The notes: generated by a model from the sequence alone, not told the origin. A stretch of DNA of 64,000 nucleotides from Chthonomonadaceae bacterium (GCA_035650735.1 DASRGZ010000173.1:1-64000), one strand, 5' to 3'. Shown: positions 38,806 through 49,236, counted from the first letter of the stretch. Numbers and translations: made by a program.

Positions 38806-40302
38806 CTATTGGGCTGCCTTGCGCAGGGCAGACAGAAGGCGCGGCGTAAAGCTCTCCGCCAGCCGCAAGGCGTTGGCGACGATCTCGAAGGGCGTCCCCG
38901 GCGTTTCGGGTGCCGGAGGCACAAAGGGGTTGAACTGGCTGTCCAGCACCGCATTCACGTCCGGCGAGCCGATCTTGCGGAGCGTGGTATCCAGGTCGGG
39001 CCACCACCACGAGTTCTCATAGCCGTGCTGGGCCTGCCATGCTGAGGCCGTATCCGAGAAGGCGCGCACCAGCTCCTTCGGCGGCGTCCCTTCCACCGCT
39101 TTTAGATTGCCATAGGCCGCGCGCATTTGAAGCTGCATGGCCAGGTCGGACAGGAAGCGGCGGGGACTGCCGAACAGCAGCCCCTGAAGGCGCCCCGGAC
39201 GGAGGGACGATTCCGGTACGGCATTGAGCGCATCAGCCGCCGTCCGCATCGCGGCGGGATCGTTCCCCTGAAGCGTCTTCCAGCCCTCGACGATCTGCTT
39301 GCCCAGCCCTGGAAGCAGGTCTTCGGCGAAAGCCACGTAATCGGCCTCGGTCACCGGCACTCCGCGCGCACCGCGCGCAAAGGCGAAGGTGTTGGGAAGC
39401 TGCACGCAATGGGTCTGCGCGTTGCCCATCACGCCGCGCGGGCCGGGAGCGCTGCCGCCCTCCCAGGCGCTGTCGCCGCCGAAGTTGGTCAGCGGGAAGG
39501 AAGGCTCGCCCTCGATCCGACCGTAGTTGAAGCTGATCACCCGATCCGCGATGCCCAGTTTCTCGGCCAGCGGGAGACCATTGGCGATGCCCCAGGGTTC
39601 CGGGTTGGCCTGCATGAGCCGTGAGAGCGCGTCGGTGTTCTCCTCATCGGTGGAGAACGAAAGGACGGCGGTCTCATAGAAGCGGTTATAGCCAAGCCAA
39701 CCGGCGTGCATCCAGTAGATAAGCTCGATGCCAGGACGCAGACGGTCGAACAATCGCCGATGCTCCACCAGCAGGTCCACGAACTCCTGGTTTGTCGATC
39801 CGGGGTATCCGCCGGGGTCGCTGTCAATGATGCATACGCCATCGGCCTGGCGCAGCGGCCCCAGCACCTTTTCGCGGCGGGCCATCAGGCGGGCCATAGC
39901 ATCGCGGTCGCCGGGATCCACCCGCCGGTCGCAATAGAAGAAGTGCCGCTTCTCAAACGGGGCACTCGCGGCGGCCTCGTCGTCCGGGGCCACGTTTGGG
40001 CAGAGCACAAGCCAGACGCGTATCCCGTAGTCGGCATGGAGCATATCAATCACATCGTGTATCTTTTGCAGGTTGGCGATGTCGCTTGGGGTCGGCGGGT
40101 CGGGAATGGTTTCCAGCATCGGCCAGATGAGAACAGTGTTAAAGCCTAGCTGCGTCAGCCCACCGGCATACCCGCGCCAGTCCTCGCGTGTCCAGGTGCG
40201 CGCGCAATAGGGACGATTGTAGGGCCAGTGCTGATGCACATACATTCCGACTATCTTCTCGGAGCTTGCGGTTGGTGCGGCCACGAAGGGTTCTCCTTTC
40301 AC
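38806..40302 (-). CDS. Hypothetical TIM-barrel/glycoside-hydrolase-like protein
   Basis: GMYVHQHWPY, W..Y...L..LGFN, DSDPGG; 4-bp overlap with the upstream gene. Confidence 0.65.
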   Translation of the reverse strand: MKGEPFVAAPTASSEKIVGMYVHQHWPYNRPYCARTWTREDWRGYAGGLTQLGFNTVLIWPMLETIPDPPTPSDIANLQKIHDVIDMLHADYGIRVWLVLCPNVAPDDEAAASAPFEKRHFFYCDRRVDPGDRDAMARLMARREKVLGPLRQADGVCIIDSDPGGYPGSTNQEFVDLLVEHRRLFDRLRPGIELIYWMHAGWLGYNRFYETAVLSFSTDEENTDALSRLMQANPEPWGIANGLPLAEKLGIADRVISFNYGRIEGEPSFPLTNFGGDSAWEGGSAPGPRGVMGNAQTHCVQLPNTFAFARGARGVPVTEADYVAFAEDLLPGLGKQIVEGWKTLQGNDPAAMRTAADALNAVPESSLRPGRLQGLLFGSPRRFLSDLAMQLQMRAAYGNLKAVEGTPPKELVRAFSDTASAWQAQHGYENSWWWPDLDTTLRKIGSPDVNAVLDSQFNPFVPPAPETPGTPFEIVANALRLAESFTPRLLSALRKAAQ

Positions 40303-41462
40303 GATGGGGTAGGGGAAGAGGGCGCGTTGCCCACCAGGCTCGGCGGGATAGGCGCTTTCCAGAGTCCGACGGCACGCCGCCCGAATCCGTGATTCCAGTA
40401 GAGCAGGAGCGCGCCCTTGAAAGGCACCAGCGACCAGGCTTCATAGAGGGGAGCGTGCCAGAAGACGCGCGGCAGCCGTTCCAGCGTCTCGTCGCCTCCT
40501 TTGAAGGGAGTCTCGCTGCGCGCCAGCAGGCGGGTTGGGTCCTCTCTGTCAAATAGCGCCTGCGCCGGATAGTGCGCGTAACGCATCAGGCGCGGGTCGC
40601 CATCTTCGGTTGGGTCGGCGTTGATGCCGTTGTAGATGAGCAGGATGCCGTCGTTGCGCATCACGGCGGCGGCGGTATCTATGTACTGGCTGTCAAAGCG
40701 CCCGGGGCGCAGCGGCATCGGATGGACGAGCGCGCCCGCAGCGTCGCGCGCGATCGCCCAGTCCAGCAGGTTCTCCGACGTGGCGGCGCACAGGCATTCG
40801 CGTCCTTGCGTGGAGAGGCAGTTCAGGTACATCCAGTATTTGCCATTGATTCGCGCGGCGACGAACCGGTCGCCCTCCAGCCGCGTGACGACAGCCGGAT
40901 GCGGGAAGCGCCAGGGCGCTTTCTCCGGGATGACGTCCCTATCCCGCGCGGCCACGCGCGCGAAGATGCGCCCGTGAACGGTCCAGTTCGCCATGTCTCT
41001 CGTTGAGGCGACGGCGAGCTCCTGCTGGGGAGGCATATCGCCGTGCCGGAAGTAGTTGAAGAGCAGATAGTAGGTTCCGCTTGAATCGGCGAAGAGCCGG
41101 GAGTCGCCGTAGGATACGCTTGCCGTGCCGGAATCGCGCAATGGCCCCAGAAAGGCGTCCTTCGGCTTGGCGTGGAACACCGGCTTATCCGCCCGCGTAA
41201 AATGCAGTCCATCATCGCTCCAGGCCAGCCCCATGCGCCACTGCTCATCGTCGCCGTAGGCCCGGTAGACGCAGTAGACGCGCCCGTTGTAGATCGAGCC
41301 TGTCGGGCAGTACACGTCCTGCTCCCACTTCACCTCACGGCGAATCAGAGGATCGTAGAACGTCTTGTCCGATTCACCGGGCATGACGGACAGAACACTG
41401 CTGCTGACATCGGCGAACTTTATCTCCCAATCGGGTCTGTTTGGATCGACAAAAGAGGCCAT
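40299..41462 (-). CDS. Five-bladed beta-propeller glycosidase (GH130-like)
   Basis: YRA...GLAWSDDGLHF, DSRL, ATSENLLDW, RPGRFDS, GILLIYNG, ALFD..DP. Confidence 0.75.
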   Translation of the reverse strand: MASFVDPNRPDWEIKFADVSSSVLSVMPGESDKTFYDPLIRREVKWEQDVYCPTGSIYNGRVYCVYRAYGDDEQWRMGLAWSDDGLHFTRADKPVFHAKPKDAFLGPLRDSGTASVSYGDSRLFADSSGTYYLLFNYFRHGDMPPQQELAVASTRDMANWTVHGRIFARVAARDRDVIPEKAPWRFPHPAVVTRLEGDRFVAARINGKYWMYLNCLSTQGRECLCAATSENLLDWAIARDAAGALVHPMPLRPGRFDSQYIDTAAAVMRNDGILLIYNGINADPTEDGDPRLMRYAHYPAQALFDREDPTRLLARSETPFKGGDETLERLPRVFWHAPLYEAWSLVPFKGALLLYWNHGFGRRAVGLWKAPIPPSLVGNAPSSPTPS

Positions 41463-41480
41463 GTGTTTTCCTCTCCTTTT

Positions 41481-41766
41481 GACCTAACCCCCCGGCCTCT
41501 TCCGGCAGGCTAAACCCTGCCACTGTGGGGCGCTGCAAGGGGCGGCGCTGCAATGGTTTGCGCCTCCGCCTAGCGAGGCCCGCTGACTGCAAGGGTCGGG
41601 GCTGCAATGGTTGGGCCCTCCGCCTAGCGACACCTACGCGGGCAGTGGCAAGTCCTGGCTTCTCCTCTCCCCTCTCCCGCAGCGCCGGGAGAGGGGCTAG
41701 GGTGAGGGCACCCCTACACCCTATCCCCTACACCCTGCACGAGGGGTTGGGGGTGAGGGCTAGGTT
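41481..41766. repeat. Composite intergenic repeat cluster
   Basis: 44-bp direct repeat (41533-41576 and 41587-41630, 39/44 identical) enclosed by TGCCACTG/CAGTGGCA; CCCCTCTCCCG..CGGGAGAGGGG hairpin; CCCCTACACCCT twice. Confidence 0.75.
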
Positions 41767-41770
41767 CACA

Positions 41771-43786
41771 TCAATACGGGGAGGTGCCTCTGGCTCCCGC
41801 CAGGCTCAAGCCCACGCCCCACAGGAATTGGGTCACCGCGTCTCCAAGCGCCAGGCCCAGGAAAAAGGGCACGGACGCCCGGTAGAGGCGCAGCCCGCCA
41901 TAGCGCAGCACCAGCGCCTTGATAAGCCAGGTCGCCAGGATGATGTTCCACATGCCCCATTCCAGCCCGAAGCTGCTGGCGAAGAGATATCCGATGGGGT
42001 GCAGTGGAAAGCCGATCCAGCAGCTGCGGGCATACGATAAGAGCAGGACGACCGACGCGGAAGCCGCCGTTCGGCAAAGCGTCATGACCTGTACCGGCTT
42101 CGGGTTGCCCACCCAGTCCACGTACCGGGACCACGCCGTACCGGCCAGCCACACCGCATCATTCTGTACTCGCGCCGAGGCCGCGCCCCGGTCGTAGAAG
42201 ATTTGCAGCAGCGTGAGGATGCCGACCACGATGCCCACGACAATGGACAGGAGAAGCACCCGGAACATGGCCCGTCGGCTCTGCTTAAGCCGGTCGGCGA
42301 ACACCAGCGCCTCCAGATGGTGGGCCATAGGTAACTGCTCATAGGTGCGGTCGAACCAGTAGAAGGTGGTCAGCGTCGAAGCCTCGGTTCGGGTGATGCC
42401 CAGGGTGCCCGTGAAGGTCGTCGTCCAGGAAGTGAAGCTGAAGAAGGCCATGCAGAAGAGCGGTAGCGATACCTGCGCGTACATGCGCGTCATCACGACG
42501 ATAGCGATAAAGTAGAGGACGAAAGCGAGCAGGGCCACTTGCAGGCGCATTCCCATTGCCGTCCCGATGGCGACGAGCAGCGCAAAGCCCACGACCGCCC
42601 CGCAGAGAGCCGCCCGGTACGAAATCGCCTCAGTATCGTCTCCCGGTATCTTCTCCCCGCGCCGGATCGCCCCGAAGAGCCGACGGAAGAACCCGCGCGC
42701 ATTCCACATGACCACCGCGAACATTCCCAGCCAGGCCCCCTCCGCCGCGTTGCCGAAGTAGGGGAACTGGTTCAGATCGTAGGCCGATCCGGGGTCGCGC
42801 CAGCCCAGCGCCGTCGCCCCGACGACCAGCAGCCGGATAAAGAGAAAGAAGAACCAGCAGCTAAACGAGACGTCGAGGGGGATCAAATAGCAGAGGCCGA
42901 TGGCGTAGGGCCACCAGACCGTCAACAGCGGGGTCACGCTGCTCCAGGGCGGCGACACGAAATACGGCGTGCCGATATCGCGCTCGGATAGCTTTATGCC
43001 GGGAACCGAGGGATACATGGAAGACAGATAGTTTACGGAGAGCAAGACCGAGCTGATCGCAAAGCCCAGCGCCAGCAGGCGATTGGAGAAGAGCGCACCG
43101 GCATTGTTCTCCCGTACCATCATCACCGGAAGCTCAATGATGGGAAACGCAACCCGCTCCTGATCGACCCAGGGGCGCCGGACAATGACGCTCAGGCAGA
43201 GCATCGTCCACAGCAGCAGGAAGAGGAAGAGGCCCCAGAAGGCCATCGGCAGCAGCCAGGGCTTCAGGATGTCGGGACGAAAGAACGACCAGAAGCCCTG
43301 CGTGCCGACAAAGAAACGCTCCACCAGGCGGGGATCGTGGGGCGCGCAAAAAGCCGGCAGGCTGGCGAACGCCGCCTCTCCGCCGACCAGTTCGGGCTTG
43401 TAGCCAGGCCAGAGTAGCGTCGGGAACAGGTAGTGCAGCAGCTTGCTCGCCGTGATGATCGCGCCCAGCGTGGTCATGGTGAAGATCACCATCAACTCAG
43501 GAGGCGAAAGGACCCAGCGCGGCAGGAACCGCCTGAAGACGGAGTTGGCGAGCATCAGCACGAAGAGCAGGCCGATCACGGTCTGTACGAGGGTGAAGAA
43601 GGTGGGCGTGCCGATATGCTGCAAGGCCAGCTCTTCGTAAATGACCCAGCAGGTGTGGACTACGGTGAGCGCCAGCCCGATAACGATGGATCGGGGTGTG
43701 ATGCCTGGGGAGGCGGCGAGTCTGGACCGGCTTGCGGTTGAGTTGGACGGCGCCTCGGTGGAAGGCGGAATAGGGAGGGCTTTCAC
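41771..43786 (-). CDS. DUF6785/DUF6784-type polytopic membrane protein, paralog 2
   Basis: RRPWVDQERVAFP, IPLDVSFSCWFF, FPLHPIGY, LRYGGLRLY...PFFLGL..GD. Confidence 0.75.
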   Translation of the reverse strand: MKALPIPPSTEAPSNSTASRSRLAASPGITPRSIVIGLALTVVHTCWVIYEELALQHIGTPTFFTLVQTVIGLLFVLMLANSVFRRFLPRWVLSPPELMVIFTMTTLGAIITASKLLHYLFPTLLWPGYKPELVGGEAAFASLPAFCAPHDPRLVERFFVGTQGFWSFFRPDILKPWLLPMAFWGLFLFLLLWTMLCLSVIVRRPWVDQERVAFPIIELPVMMVRENNAGALFSNRLLALGFAISSVLLSVNYLSSMYPSVPGIKLSERDIGTPYFVSPPWSSVTPLLTVWWPYAIGLCYLIPLDVSFSCWFFFLFIRLLVVGATALGWRDPGSAYDLNQFPYFGNAAEGAWLGMFAVVMWNARGFFRRLFGAIRRGEKIPGDDTEAISYRAALCGAVVGFALLVAIGTAMGMRLQVALLAFVLYFIAIVVMTRMYAQVSLPLFCMAFFSFTSWTTTFTGTLGITRTEASTLTTFYWFDRTYEQLPMAHHLEALVFADRLKQSRRAMFRVLLLSIVVGIVVGILTLLQIFYDRGAASARVQNDAVWLAGTAWSRYVDWVGNPKPVQVMTLCRTAASASVVLLLSYARSCWIGFPLHPIGYLFASSFGLEWGMWNIILATWLIKALVLRYGGLRLYRASVPFFLGLALGDAVTQFLWGVGLSLAGARGTSPY

Positions 43787-43810
43787 GCAGATACTCCTGA
43801 GAGGCAGCGG

Positions 43811-44788
43811 TCAGGCCGTCTGCGCGCAGACCTGGCTGCGCAGAGCGCGCATGTAGCCGATGGTATACGCCGTATGGATGCCCTCCAGCCCATCGCCGGG
43901 CACGTGGTCGGGAAGCAGAACGCCATCGAAACCGACACGGTGCAGCGCCTTCATAACCTCATACATATCTACGTAGCCGTCATCCACCAGCGTCTCGCGG
44001 AACTTAGGCAGCGGGGCATCCACGTTGCGGAAATGGATTTTGAACAGCTTGCCCTGTTGGCCGAAGTAATCAATCATGCCGAGGACATCTTTTCCCACCG
44101 CCGCGCCGCCCTCGGCCCAGCTTCCCACGCAGAGACAGAGGCCGAAATTGGGACTGCTGGCGATCTCCGTCGCCCGCCGATACCCCTCGAAATGCGAGAA
44201 GATGCGGGCCACCCCGCCCAGCGACGGCACGGGAGGATCGTCGGGATGCAGGCCGATCCGAACGCCCGCCTCCTCCGCGACAGGTATCACCTCGCGGATG
44301 AACGCGGTGAACGTCTCCCAGATCTCGTCCTCCGTATAGACGCGATCATGCGAAAGGGGCTGGTTCTTGGCGATCTCCAGGTCGAACTCGCGGGTCGGAA
44401 TCCCGCCGCGCGTCGTGCCGACTGCGGTCTGATAGTAGGGGAGCATCTTGATGTTCGCCATGTGGGCGTAGGTTGTGTAGCCGATCCCCGCCCGGCCCAG
44501 GTTTCGGAGATAGGCTTTATATTGCGCCACTTTCTGCTCAAAGCCCGGCAGGCCCAGCACCATTGTCGGGTCACAATGGAGATCAATGATGCCGATGTTC
44601 CAGAGCAAAATGCCGTGCGACTCCAGAGTGCGGCGCGTTTCTACCATGTACTCGTAGTTGGCGTCTTCCATGGTCGTCCAGATCGTGGCGGCTTCGATGC
44701 CCATCTGCTGGAAAAAGGCCAACTCCTTCGCCGACGGTCGGGAACTCATGCGGTGCGCGATCTTGATTTGGGGCATTGTCGTCTTCAT
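43811..44788 (-). CDS. uxuA: Mannonate dehydratase family protein
   Basis: IPVAEEAGVRIGLHPDDPP, IHFRNV, F.E...DDG.VDM, PDHVP, YTIGYMRAL. Confidence 0.85.
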   Translation of the reverse strand: MKTTMPQIKIAHRMSSRPSAKELAFFQQMGIEAATIWTTMEDANYEYMVETRRTLESHGILLWNIGIIDLHCDPTMVLGLPGFEQKVAQYKAYLRNLGRAGIGYTTYAHMANIKMLPYYQTAVGTTRGGIPTREFDLEIAKNQPLSHDRVYTEDEIWETFTAFIREVIPVAEEAGVRIGLHPDDPPVPSLGGVARIFSHFEGYRRATEIASSPNFGLCLCVGSWAEGGAAVGKDVLGMIDYFGQQGKLFKIHFRNVDAPLPKFRETLVDDGYVDMYEVMKALHRVGFDGVLLPDHVPGDGLEGIHTAYTIGYMRALRSQVCAQTA

Positions 44789-44801
44789 GGGCGTGTCTGA
44801 T

Positions 44802-46328
44802 TTACTGGGTGGGTTTCGATTTCACGATGGGCGCGACGCCGCCAATCTTGCCTTCCGCAATCGCTTCCAGCCGTCTCTGTAGACGCTTGAGGTAGGCGGC
44901 AGGCGGTTCCGGCAGCGGGATCGGCGGCTTTTCGCGGGGCGTGACCTTCGCCAGCCAGGCCATCGCGACCTGTGCCGAGGTCACCTCGCCGCTGTCGAGC
45001 GGTTTCAGGCGGTACTGCGGCGGCAGGCTGTTCTCCCAGTTGCTATGGTTCTCGATGAACCTGAGCACTTGCGCCAGAGGCCGTTTTGTCGCGTCGTCGG
45101 CGATTATGCCGGCATACTCATCGAGAAACGCCTCCGGAGTCAGATGCGGGTCATGGCACATTCTGCCGAAGGCATAGATGTTGAGCGGCTCGGCAAGAAC
45201 ATAAAAGGCATTCGCGACCAGGCCGTCCAGGCCGAGCGTGCGCCCCCGGTCAATGATGGCGCGGATATAGCGGGTTTCGGCCTGCGACTGCCCGCCGGAG
45301 GCCACGTTGTTGGGTGTGATAAAGCCGTCGTCTATCTCATCCACCAGGAAATAGGGCCATCCATAGATCGGTTTCACGCCGCGCTCGTGCAGCTTCTTGA
45401 TATCCGAGGCGAGCGGGTAGAGATCGGGCTTGAGGCCGGCGTCGGCATAGCACGCCAGGGCCAGCGAGCGGTAGTAGTTGTCCAGGGAGAACACGATGCC
45501 GCAATCCGGGCCGAGAAGGTCTTTCTCCTCGGCGACGGCCTTCGACAGAAGAACCTGCTTCTGCCAGAACTCCAGCGAGAAGGGCGAGGGGAAACCGGCC
45601 CATTCCGCGACGGCCCACAGGTTCACCACAAACTTTGCCTTCGGTGCTTCCTCCCGGACAATCTCCCGGACCTTGCGGGCGAAGGCGATGCAGTCCTGCA
45701 CGGTGCTGCGTCCCTCCGGGTCGCCGCCGGGGTCGCCCGCGAAGAACTCGAACCCATCGGCGTTGCGCAGGTTCTGCACGGCCTGCCGGAGATAGTCCAG
45801 CCGCTCCCGGAGCAGGTCTGCGTTCAGGGCGCTGAACGTGCCTGCGCTTCCAGCTTCCGCCGGGCCTTTCCACTGCTTCATCCCGGCCAGCAGCAGAATC
45901 CAGACACGGAACCCCTTCCGGTGGGCGGCGTCTATGGCCTCCGCCATCTCCGCATAATAGGCGGGCAGGCGGTCGGGCCTGTGGCCGAACCCTCCCTCGC
46001 AAAACTCCAGGTGGTTGTAGCCGCAGGCTTTGTAGAAGTCGTAAAGGTGGGACTCCTGGCTTGTGGGCGGCGCAATATAGATGCCGACGGCCTGGAAACC
46101 GCCCTCGCCGGGCGCTGTCGGCTGCAAGTCGGCGGATTCGACGGACGAGGTCATAGCTTCTTCCTCCTTCAGAGCGCTTCTGACGCCGCTCCGCACTGGC
46201 GACGCCGAAACCATGTTTTTTACGGGCCTGGGCGCGCGCTCCGGCGTGAGCTTCTTCGTGTCGCTGCGCACTGGCGCCGCCGCGAAAAGAACGCCTGCGG
46301 CCATGGCGATCCCACGCAGCCCTCTCAT
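44802..46328 (-). CDS. Exported hypothetical glycoside-hydrolase-like protein
   Basis: Signal peptide; FYKACGYNHLEF, AGDPGG; start uncertain. Confidence 0.62.
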   Translation of the reverse strand: MRGLRGIAMAAGVLFAAAPVRSDTKKLTPERAPRPVKNMVSASPVRSGVRSALKEEEAMTSSVESADLQPTAPGEGGFQAVGIYIAPPTSQESHLYDFYKACGYNHLEFCEGGFGHRPDRLPAYYAEMAEAIDAAHRKGFRVWILLLAGMKQWKGPAEAGSAGTFSALNADLLRERLDYLRQAVQNLRNADGFEFFAGDPGGDPEGRSTVQDCIAFARKVREIVREEAPKAKFVVNLWAVAEWAGFPSPFSLEFWQKQVLLSKAVAEEKDLLGPDCGIVFSLDNYYRSLALACYADAGLKPDLYPLASDIKKLHERGVKPIYGWPYFLVDEIDDGFITPNNVASGGQSQAETRYIRAIIDRGRTLGLDGLVANAFYVLAEPLNIYAFGRMCHDPHLTPEAFLDEYAGIIADDATKRPLAQVLRFIENHSNWENSLPPQYRLKPLDSGEVTSAQVAMAWLAKVTPREKPPIPLPEPPAAYLKRLQRRLEAIAEGKIGGVAPIVKSKPTQ

Positions 46329-46359
46329 TCTCCATGTAGCGGCCACTGTGAACGCTCCT

Positions 46360-47151
46360 CTATCGGCCTGGCCTGTGATGCCAGTAATCCTCGACGAACG
46401 CGGCAACCTGTTTCACGCACGCCTCGATGAGCGTCCGCCCGGTCTCTGCCGAGGCCGGAGTTGGGTCGCCAAGCAGCCCGGTCTTGCTGGGATGGTAGTT
46501 CCAGGTGGACCAGAAGACCCGCGTGGAGCCGATGAAGTTGTCGCCGGCGACGAAATCGGTATGATAGGTGACGTGATCCACGTCGGTATACCTGGCGGTA
46601 TCCACCGGGTAACCGTAATGGAGCATTACCGAGGTCTCGTCCTCGCCCCCGTGAATGCTGCCGCCCGGCGCACCCTGGCGGACGGCGTTGTATTCCTTTG
46701 CGCCGAGATAGAGAAAATTCGCCACGGCAGGGTAGACGTTATGGTCATCGGCGACCTCCCGCGCCGCGACCCGTAGCAATTCGGTGTGATGCCCGTGCCC
46801 GTTGAGGATGAGAATCTTATCGAACCCCATCTCGCAGAGGGAGCCGACGATCTCGCGCATCATGTTCATGACCGTGCGGGTGCGCATACGGATCGTGCCG
46901 GGCCAACGCTGCATCTCCACGGCGGAGTAGCCCGTCCAGATGGCCGGAAGAGTGAGGAAAGGAACCTGGCTGTGATCCTTCAGGTAGGCGCAGAGGTCGT
47001 CCATGAACCGCTGCGTGATGAAGAGGTCCGTGCCGGTGGGCAGGTGCGCCCCATGCTCCTCAATGGTGCCGATGCCCATGAGGATCAGGGCTTTCTGCTC
47101 GATGAAGGGCTTCAGTTGCTCGGAGGTGAGGTACTCAAAACGATGTTCCAT
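46360..47151 (-). CDS. Creatininase family amidohydrolase
   Basis: GTIEEHGAHLPTGTD, NGHGH, HGGEDETS. Confidence 0.9.
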   Translation of the reverse strand: MEHRFEYLTSEQLKPFIEQKALILMGIGTIEEHGAHLPTGTDLFITQRFMDDLCAYLKDHSQVPFLTLPAIWTGYSAVEMQRWPGTIRMRTRTVMNMMREIVGSLCEMGFDKILILNGHGHHTELLRVAAREVADDHNVYPAVANFLYLGAKEYNAVRQGAPGGSIHGGEDETSVMLHYGYPVDTARYTDVDHVTYHTDFVAGDNFIGSTRVFWSTWNYHPSKTGLLGDPTPASAETGRTLIEACVKQVAAFVEDYWHHRPGR

Positions 47152-47160
47152 TCAGTTGCC

Positions 47161-47889
47161 TCAGGGTGTCGGTAGGTACGTATTCAGGTCCTCCCGCCGT
47201 CTTCCGCGCAGGTGAAAGACGCCTTTCCAGTCCGGATTGGTGACTCTGGTGTGCGCGGAGATGACGCGAATGACGAGATTAATTCGCCACTGATCGCGGG
47301 AGGTGTTCGCATTGGAACCATGAATGATGTTGGGATGGTGGATGGAGACGTCACCGGGCTGAAGCTCCATATCCACTGCCCGCGACTCGTCTACCAGGCT
47401 GTTATCGATTCCCGAATTGAGGAGGTTGCGAACGTCTGTTCGGGTCTGAACTTCATGCAAACACATATGCTGCGTTCCGGGAATGACGCGCATACAACCG
47501 TTCGCGGGCGTCGAGGGCGTTAAAGCTACCCAGATCGTGCAGACCTCCATCGGATCGAGCGGCCAGTAGCTGCCGTCCTGATGCCAGAGAATCGCCATCT
47601 GTTGCGCCTGTGCCGCAGGCGGTTTAATGATATATCCGGTTGCGAACAACGCCAGGTCCGACCCCAGGATCGCCTCGGCCAGGTCGATGAGTTGCGGCTG
47701 ATTCACAAAGCGGTGATAGAACGGGTCCTCGAACCATAAGGGACGTGCATGAACCTGTTCCGGGGTTTCGTCGGGAAACCGTGTCAGCGTGTCCAGCGCG
47801 TGCTGCTTCGCTTCGGCAACGCGCGCGGCATCCACTACATTGCGAACGATCACATAGCCATCCCGGTTGTACTGGTCGCCTAAACTCAT
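47161..47889 (-). CDS. Phytanoyl-CoA dioxygenase (PhyH) family protein
   Basis: WHQD, NGCMRVIPGT, HGSNAN, R. Confidence 0.9.
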   Translation of the reverse strand: MSLGDQYNRDGYVIVRNVVDAARVAEAKQHALDTLTRFPDETPEQVHARPLWFEDPFYHRFVNQPQLIDLAEAILGSDLALFATGYIIKPPAAQAQQMAILWHQDGSYWPLDPMEVCTIWVALTPSTPANGCMRVIPGTQHMCLHEVQTRTDVRNLLNSGIDNSLVDESRAVDMELQPGDVSIHHPNIIHGSNANTSRDQWRINLVIRVISAHTRVTNPDWKGVFHLRGRRREDLNTYLPTP

Positions 47890-47934
47890 ACTGCCCTCAA
47901 TTGTCTCCGCGGCGGGAAGATGACGAAGCGCCTT

Positions 47935-49236
47935 TCAGCCCCGGCGATTGGCAATGATCTTCGCGACGCCGACCAGGCCCGGATGCTCTCCGGCGGTCGG
48001 TTGCAGAGTCAGGTGGTGCCGTTTGCCCAGGAGTTCCAGCCAGTGCGCGCTGCGCGAGAGGCCGCCCCCGGCAAAGAGACGGCGCGGCGGCTTCCCGGCG
48101 GCGGTGACGCCGGCCAGCAGCGCACCGAATTGCGCCGCGTAGTACTCCAGCAGCGCGCGGGCCAATTCCTCCCGACGGCAGCCGAGGCTCAGGTCGTGAA
48201 TGTCCAGCCGCCCGCCGCCGTGCAGAGCAAACTGCGGCAGTGCGGTGGGAACCTCTTCCGCCTTGAGCGCGGCCTCGATCATCGTGTCCACGCCCTTGCG
48301 CGGGTAGAGCAGCCGCGCCAGCCACTCCACGACGTTGCCGCACTCCGATTCCAGGCCCAGCAGGAACCACCGTCCAGGCAGCGGGCTTATCCCCGCGATC
48401 TGGTCTTCGGAGGATGGTTCCATCGGTCGGGACTTGAGCGCATAGACAACCAGCGCCGTGCCGAAGTTGCAAAAGAGATCGCCCTCTTCCTCGATGCCCG
48501 CCCCGACAGCCGCGCAGCTCTGGTCGTTGCCGCAGGAGTAGACCGGCACGGCGGGCAGGTCGAGCGCGCCGCAGACTAGCCGCGTCAGGCACGCGCCCCG
48601 CGCCGCCGCCGGAGCGACCGCCGCAAGGTTGTCTGCCGTGATGCCTGCCAGCGCCAGCGCGCGCTCGTTCCAGGCCTGCTTCGTGATGTCATAAAAGCCG
48701 CCCATGCCCTGGTTGGTCGAGTCGCCGTAGAGTTCTCCGGTCAGGCGATAGGTGACCCATTCATTCAGCAGCACGAACCAGCGCGCCTGGCCGCCTTCCC
48801 GACGAAAGCGCATGACCTTCGGAAGAAACTGCATCGGGTTGGGCCGAACGAAGCCGCACGTCCGGGCGAAGTCCGGCAGGGCACGCGCCGCCTCCTCCGC
48901 CTCCGGCACGGCCTGCGTATCCGTCCAGACGACGGCAGGCTGCACCGGCTGGCCGCGCTCATCCAGCGCGACGTAGGTTTGCGCCTGGGAAGAAAGCCCG
49001 ACCGCGCGGACGGTAAGGCCCTGTTCGCGGGCGGTGCGCGCGGCCCCGCGCAGGGCTTTCCACGCGCACGAAACATACCGCTCCGGGTTGCAGGTGACGC
49101 GGCCCTCCGCGTAGTCCAGGTAGTCCAGTTCGTAGGGTGTGACGGTCACGCGCCCCCGAACGCCGGTCTCATCCACCGGTGCGGCCTTGAACGCGGTCGT
49201 CCCCAGGTCCAGCGCGAGGATGCAGCTAGAGGTCAT
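47935..49236 (-). CDS. FGGY family carbohydrate kinase
   Basis: LDLGTT, WTD, GNDQ, NFGT, GGGLSRS. Confidence 0.85.
   Translation of the reverse strand: MTSSCILALDLGTTAFKAAPVDETGVRGRVTVTPYELDYLDYAEGRVTCNPERYVSCAWKALRGAARTAREQGLTVRAVGLSSQAQTYVALDERGQPVQPAVVWTDTQAVPEAEEAARALPDFARTCGFVRPNPMQFLPKVMRFRREGGQARWFVLLNEWVTYRLTGELYGDSTNQGMGGFYDITKQAWNERALALAGITADNLAAVAPAAARGACLTRLVCGALDLPAVPVYSCGNDQSCAAVGAGIEEEGDLFCNFGTALVVYALKSRPMEPSSEDQIAGISPLPGRWFLLGLESECGNVVEWLARLLYPRKGVDTMIEAALKAEEVPTALPQFALHGGGRLDIHDLSLGCRREELARALLEYYAAQFGALLAGVTAAGKPPRRLFAGGGLSRSAHWLELLGKRHHLTLQPTAGEHPGLVGVAKIIANRRG

Noticed and set aside
41533..41630. CRISPR array or riboswitch
   Set aside because: Two imperfect 44-bp copies only 10 bp apart; no riboswitch consensus recognised
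41525..42040. 171-aa plus-strand ORF with a repeated CKGRxCNG peptide
   Set aside because: Translation of the DNA repeat and antisense to the membrane protein gene
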